Origin: Chlorokybus atmophyticus
Lineage: Eukaryota; Plantae; Mesostigma and Chlorokybus algae
Assembly: GCA_009103225.1 (NCBI GenBank)
Contig: RHPI01002090.1
Location: forward strand, 1,225,932 to 1,289,931
Length of the DNA: 64,000 nucleotides
Direction of reading: 5' to 3'
The first letter of the stretch is position 1, and the number at the start of each line of letters is the position of its first letter. This document shows, one piece after another, positions 58,633 to 64,000 of the stretch. The notes beneath the pieces are model-generated. The model ran no database searches. It was not told where the DNA came from and saw only the letters and a list, made by a program, of their open reading frames with translations. Position numbers and translations under genes: made by a program.

Positions 58633-61391
58633 CTACTTGTGGATGAGGTATGCGCTCAAGGACTTGTAATTCTCAGCCCACTTTGGATTCTGAAAATGGA
58701 TGGTCTTCATCTGCTCTTCCGGCCAAACTTCTCAATTCTGTTTCCGCTAAGTAGCAATAGCGTTGATGCATAGCCGGCGTGCCTTCTAATCCTCCTTGTT
58801 CCGTCGCTGCAGTTGTTCAGTCGTTTTACAGCTTTGGCCATCCTATTGCTCAGCCTGCCACTATGCAGTCGTATCTCGAGCGTTTTTAACATTGGTGCGC
58901 ACTGCAGCTAACTGTTCTTCAGTCAAAGAATGCCATTGCTCTCCTTTTAACCATAAAGCAGCATGAACATCATCGTCTTTGCAAGTTTTGGCTGATAATC
59001 CTGCTCCTTCAGCCTTTGTTGAATTGCAGCCCGTGTCACCATGGCGCCCTCAGCGGCAATCTCTTAAACGCCTTGGCAAATTGCAGTCTTTGCCTTACGA
59101 AACACTGATAATTTTGCGGTTATAACCACCACTTAAAACAAGTTTAACACCCAAACTATGTCACTTTCTTAACACAAACATACCATGTGTACGTTGTTCT
59201 GAACTCTATCTGTTTTTACATCAAGAGTTATCTATCTAGCACGCGTGTAAGCTCAACGCACTTGCTTTCAGCTGAGTCAAACATCCCTTTCAAAAAGGTA
59301 CGTACAGATGCCTCTTTGACAGCCTGCTTGACTGTGTCGTTCTGATCACATGATACAGGTTGGGTCTAGGAATGCATGATATGTACGAGCATGCACTGAC
59401 GAAGCCTTCTCAACACTTACATTCCGTCTTTAAACTTGTGCAACTTTGTAGTCGTTTCAGCACCCTTCATGTCAGGGCGCCTGAAAATTCACCAACTTGT
59501 CGCAATGCAGTGCAAGCGGCGAGGTACGCGCCGTCTTCGAGTGCAACGCCATGGCGAGCTGCCATCTCTATTGCCTCCTTAATCACCTTCTCTAGCCGCC
59601 TCAAAGGACTACTCCATGATTTGAGGTAAGATGGTGATCAACACATTGTCTGCAATGCTGAATGATAATGTTATAGACCGCATAGATCTCACAGATGCGG
59701 TTCATGACAGCAAGAGCAAGTGTTTGGCAGATCAAATGATATCTGTCGGCATGAGCCATAGGCTGCATATACTCACAATGTCTTTATGTTGCTCGTTTGA
59801 AGGTGGAGAGAAGGGATCATATTCCATGCGCAGCTCTTCCCCAGCGGCAATGTCACTCTAACTCCTGACCGCAGCTGCCTGCACCGCAGCCTCATCAACG
59901 AAGTTCATGATGTGGTAGTTGAGTTTGTGCTGCATATTGCGGCTCGAGTTGAGGAAGCCAGCTATGTTCTTATATCGAGGGTGGCCATCGATGGCAGGGC
60001 TCTGAGGGCGTGGCATGTCATTGATGATGTGCAAGTGGGATTGCGATGGTGGTGCTGGTGCTCCCTCGAAGAAAATGTCTTCTGAATCTCTTGATAGGAA
60101 TACCACTTGCCGTCAAAGACCATGATGCGTTCACCATTCATACCAGGCTAGCAGGTGAACAAGCCCAGCCTCGCGCCAAGAATGTTGGAAGGCTTGATGA
60201 CAAACTCTTTGCCAGCGAGATGGAAAAGTCCACCTATGGGAATTGGACCATTCGTCCACAGCTGCCATGGGTCGCCGATTGCTCTATTTATGCGCTTGCG
60301 GTTGGGAAGCTCCCTGTCACTCTGCAAACAAGTGACGGTATGTTGATGTGAATTGTCATTGGCTGCAGCTGAACAGTGCATGCAGCATGGCGCCCATGGC
60401 ATGTGATCTGCATGCATAATACCATGGGAACAACGACGCACCCACATATGTTCTTCTGCTGGCGGTGGCAACTCCACAGTATCCACGTCCCCGTCTTGGT
60501 AAATGGATTGACTACGGCTGCAGCATTGGTCACAGCCACTTCACGGGCCTGCGCTGATCGGTGTTGCCTTGACGTATCGGGCTTGGTAGCATGTGGGGCA
60601 TCGGCTACAAGTTGGTTCACCCCGCCACCCTGTGTGTAAGAAAAATGGTAAAAATATCATATACATAAATTGACTTACACACTGTCTCGGCCTATAACAT
60701 AAGACACACATATAATAACCTAAGTAGTTGTATGATTACTCACAGGTGTTTTGGGAGAGCCGGGTGCCGATGACGTTCATATATTTATGCCTCGCCGGCT
60801 GGCATGCCTCGGCTTCTTTGCAAGTGGCACCATTTCTGCCTCCTCACACTGCTCCGCCAATTTCAACATCTCCTCCGCAGCCTTCTGCGCCAACTCCTCC
60901 GTCCCCTCCTGCATCACATCCTCAAGCTGTTCCTCGAGCTTCTTTGGCTCCCTAGTCTCTGTCGCAGCAAAGCCGAACTTGGTTTTCTCCGCTATTGACG
61001 CTGTCGACGCTACACCTGCAGCGGCAACACCCAAACGTTGCTGCCGCTGACGCTTTGTCTGCTTTGATGTGGCTTACTTTTTGGGGTAGAGATAGATGTT
61101 GTTGTGATTGTGCTTAGCGCTATCCCAGCACATCTTGTTCCGAGTAACAAGCAACAAGGTTAGCAATCAAGGAGTTACAATGGCATTTTTTGCTACCCAT
61201 TGCATGCTGCATGTGCTTACAAATGCAAAGGCTCCAGTGTGATACTTTCTTTGATATTCTTTGGTGGCTCTCCGCATGTTGTCAATGGAAACTCTGCTCT
61301 ATGTTGGATGATTCAGGTCATGCACGCCCACATATGCTTCATGTCGCAAAATGTTTCCCCTGACGGCAGATTAAATACTGGTAGCGGCCAT
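58633..61391 (-). pseudogene. Decayed multi-exon SET-domain gene with upstream Cys-rich (Zn-finger-like) segment
   Basis: FVIKPSNILGARLGLFTC*PGMNGERIMVFDG, IDGHPRYKNIAGFLNSS, AVRS*SDIAAGEELRMEY; upstream CSRCPTC...CDQCC; many TAG/TGA/TAA stops and at least two frameshifts. Ends approximate. Confidence 0.75.
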
Positions 61392-61504
61392 GCACCTGAG
61401 AATACTCATTTGGACTGTCGTGGCTTAGTCTACCTGTCATCTCGATACAAAGATCTGAGTATAACGGCCGTCCCGGCCGTTTACACAAAGGGACTGACCT
61501 AGAC

Positions 61505-61725
61505 GGACAGGTACCTGTCAGGTACTTATCAGTCAAGCAAAAGGGACTTGATCTAACTAACCGGTACCTATAAGATACCTATCAGTCAAGCAAAGGTGAC
61601 TTAGCCTAATTAACAGGTATCTGACCGGTACTTATCAATAAGGTACCGGCAACTTTCCCTAACTGCCAGGTACCTAGTTATGACTAATGGTATCTTAGAG
61701 TACCGTCAGTGATGAGTAGGTACCG
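61505..61725. repeat. Array of about 11 GGTACC-core motifs including two ~53-bp tandem units
   Basis: Exact GGTACC at 61510, 61563, 61642, 61669 and 61719, plus GGTACT x2, GGTATC x2, GATACC and AGTACC; TATCAGTCAAGCAAA repeated; perfect palindrome GACAGGTACCTGTC at 61506-61519. Confidence 0.85.
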
Positions 61726-62603
61726 GGTTATCGTTTATGTGACATCGACTGTGCAAGACGGCAATCATATATCACAACTTGATTACATCACAGTCATATA
61801 CATGTCACCTACACAGTACAAGCCCCACTACTAACATACTACGGTATACTACTACACTACTACACTACAATCTGCCGCCGCTAAGTCTTGTGCTGCCGCT
61901 TGCCTGCTGCTTCCGCCCTATTGAGGGAAGAGGGGCGGTCAGCTAGGGCGGCGCAACACATTATATACACACCACCACCACAACAACAACAACAACAACA
62001 ACAGCGCACCTGCTGGCGGCCGCCTGGCCTGGTGGCCGCCGTGCAACACGAAGGGTGGAACACCGGTAGAATTGGCCCCCTAACAGTTTGGCTTGGACCA
62101 CAACTTGGTTTAAGATCCAGCTGTAACTTATTTGGATATCTAGTAGCAACCGAGTACTGATTTCTACCTCTTTTCTTGCCTTAGTCACAACTTAATTTTG
62201 TATCCAGCTGCCATTTAGATGAAACAGAATGCGTACATTAAAGTCGGTATCCGTCTTTTCTTGAACTTAATAATGGCCAAATCCTGCACTAATTGCTGGA
62301 TAGATCATGCATTAAGAACATTGATCTTAATGCTATGCAGTGGTTGTTTTCCTCTGCATCCTCAATAATGTTGTAACCTTGGTGGGCACTTTGCAGTGGA
62401 TCAGGTGTCATTATTTGTTTAAATCAGTTGTTTCGTCCACATCCGTATCTTTGTGATTGATCTGGTTAGCATTAAGTTTGTGATCAGCTTACACTTTCAC
62501 ATTATGTGCTGTCTGAATCCGTAAAACTTTTAGCGCATAAAGCTTTTAGCCGTAGTTTATACGAAGAGTTTCATTTGCTCAGATCACAGTCTTTAACATT
62601 CAT

Positions 62604-62782
62604 GCCAGATCCTGAACAAAGTTTCGGTTGCGGTGTGCACGAAGTGTGGCAGTTGCACACAAACTGAGTCCCAAAGTTTCATGCAAGATCATGAACAAAG
62701 TGTGGGTTGCGGTATGCACGAAGTGTCGCAGTTGCACACAATCCGAGTCCCATAGTTTCAAGCCAGATCTTGAACAAAGTGT
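62604..62782. repeat. 79-bp minisatellite, about 2.3 copies
   Basis: Units start at 62604, 62683 and 62762 (gccagatcctgaacaaagt...gcacgaagtgt...gcagttgcacacaa...gagtccca). Confidence 0.9.
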
Positions 62783-63031
62783 TGTATGCATCTGTTGATA
62801 ATGCATGGTTGCGTGCGTACACAATGCATGTGGTGACAATGGTAGATGATGTGCAATGCTGAAATTCAAATGCAGAATCAACCAGTTCTAGGCTAGCATC
62901 TAGCTAACTCAGCATTGCAATCAGCAACAATGCTGCTACTGAAGAGACTCCTGTGGCTAACAATGTGCTAGCCCAACAACCTCCGGACCATGCTCCCTTT
63001 TACCCCTCCGCAACGCCACCTCCTCGCTCAC

Positions 63032-63959
63032 CTACCTCTTCCGATTCTGGCTGCTGCTCTTTTGCTTGCCACCTCCCGCCTTCTTTGCAGCAGCCTTCTT
63101 GCTCTCATCTCCAACCAGGTTGGCAGGCCAGCGCAACTCATCTCCTGCCTCAACTTTTGCACGTCCACAAGATCACGTCATCACTCCATGCGTGGCCCAC
63201 ATTTGCACCAGCAGTTAGCTTCAGCAAGCTCTTACCTTGCACCATTGTCACCAGCTCATCACCACCGCGCTTGAATGATATTGGCAGACTCGCTGCTGGA
63301 GGTGTGTTAACCTTTCCATCTACCACGCGCGGCGCTTGGGTGATGATGTGGTGCACCTGCACCACAACATTGCCCTTCCCAATGTTGGTGTCCTGGAACT
63401 CTGCGTCGGGGTCTACCAGGTTCACGGTTGCGTGGGCTACCGGATAGATGATGTCCTCCACGAACAACCTCACCGACTTCCTGCTGTCAAGTAGCTTCCC
63501 GTGCATGTCGACTACCTGCAAATGAAGACTAGCTCGAGTCAGTTTACGCCTTTGCACACACCAGCTTGCCAGCGCCCTTACCTCTTCGCAGTCCTCATTC
63601 TCCGCGTCATTGTTGTCGTCTTCGCTGCTGGCCTCCTTGTCGCTCTCGCTGCTTTCTTTGTCGTCGCTGCGGTCTCTCTCTTGTTCATCGCAGGAGCTGC
63701 CGCTGGCTGCTGAAAACTCAGACTGGATCACACAAGTTGTGTATGTAAGTGCGTGCGCCCGCGCGCGTGTGGGAGTCAGCAGCTGTGCGGCATCAGTGCG
63801 AGCTCACATCACTGCGCTGACTCTTCTTGCGTTTCTTGCTTTTCTTTGGAGCCTTGCCCTTCATACGCCTCTCCTCACTCCTTTTCTTCATCTTCTTCCT
63901 CCTCTCCTCCTCCTCCTGCTGCTGTTTGTTCTTCTTCTCCCTTGCAGCCTGCTCTGAGA
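63032..63959 (-). mobile_element. Transposon-associated gene with Tnp1/En/Spm-like (Transposase_23/DUF8039-like) domain; 5' part runs off the window
   Basis: Spliced basic/acidic low-complexity exons, then VRLFVEDIIYPVAHATVNLVDPDAEFQDTNIGKGNVVVQVHHI...ASLPISF...VTMVQ-VEAGDELRWPANLV, which fits the VA.G...DP...LG...V.V...LP...WP..LV pattern from memory. TAG at 63032-63034. Confidence 0.6.
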
Positions 63960-64000
63960 TGTAAGTGATTTTTTTTAGCAGACTATTCAGTTTCAGTTTC

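Noticed and set aside
58633-61391. TAG/TAA = Gln alternative nuclear code to explain the in-frame stops
   Set aside because: FBPase, gamma-CA, EMC7 and TRAP-alpha end in TAG and Maf1 in TAA at the expected positions; TGA stops and frameshifts also occur in the block.
61463-61502. Helitron 3' end (GC hairpin followed by CTAG)
   Set aside because: CTAG is followed by A rather than T, and no Rep/helicase is present in the window.
62604-62782. CRISPR-like array
   Set aside because: Contiguous tandem units without unique spacers, no cas genes, eukaryotic context.

Overview
Eukaryotic nuclear DNA from a green-lineage alga: short spliceosomal introns, a plastid FBPase, a complex I gamma-carbonic anhydrase and plant-type Maf1/SKP1. 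An early-diverging streptophyte-like alga is an inference, not proven. The gene-dense core (about 5.6-55.8 kb) holds 14 spliced genes, often head-to-head: a putative peptidoglycan amidase fusion, a RING protein, an ankyrin protein, cpFBPase, mitochondrial uS15, a kinesin, eIF3e, gamma-CA, an organellar 5'-3' exonuclease, EMC7, SKP1, a cytochrome b5-like protein, Maf1, TRAP-alpha and xylulose kinase (15 with the RING counted separately from the amidase). Both ends are repeat/transposon-like blocks with decayed multi-exon genes whose in-frame stops are all explicable by C-to-T changes. Most notable: (1) a hand-spliced minus-strand gene (8611-5603) encoding a His-rich N-terminus, a beta-strand-rich domain and an Amidase_3-type N-acetylmuramoyl-L-alanine amidase with all four catalytic residues, a candidate plastid peptidoglycan hydrolase; (2) a kinesin ending in a CaaX box with 5 GC-AG introns out of about 20; (3) a putative CACTA/MULE-like element with a TnpA-like gene, a GGTACC motif array and a decayed SET-domain cargo gene. 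All gene models were built by eye; no database searches were run. N gaps and very long homopolymer/microsatellite runs are unreliable assembly regions.
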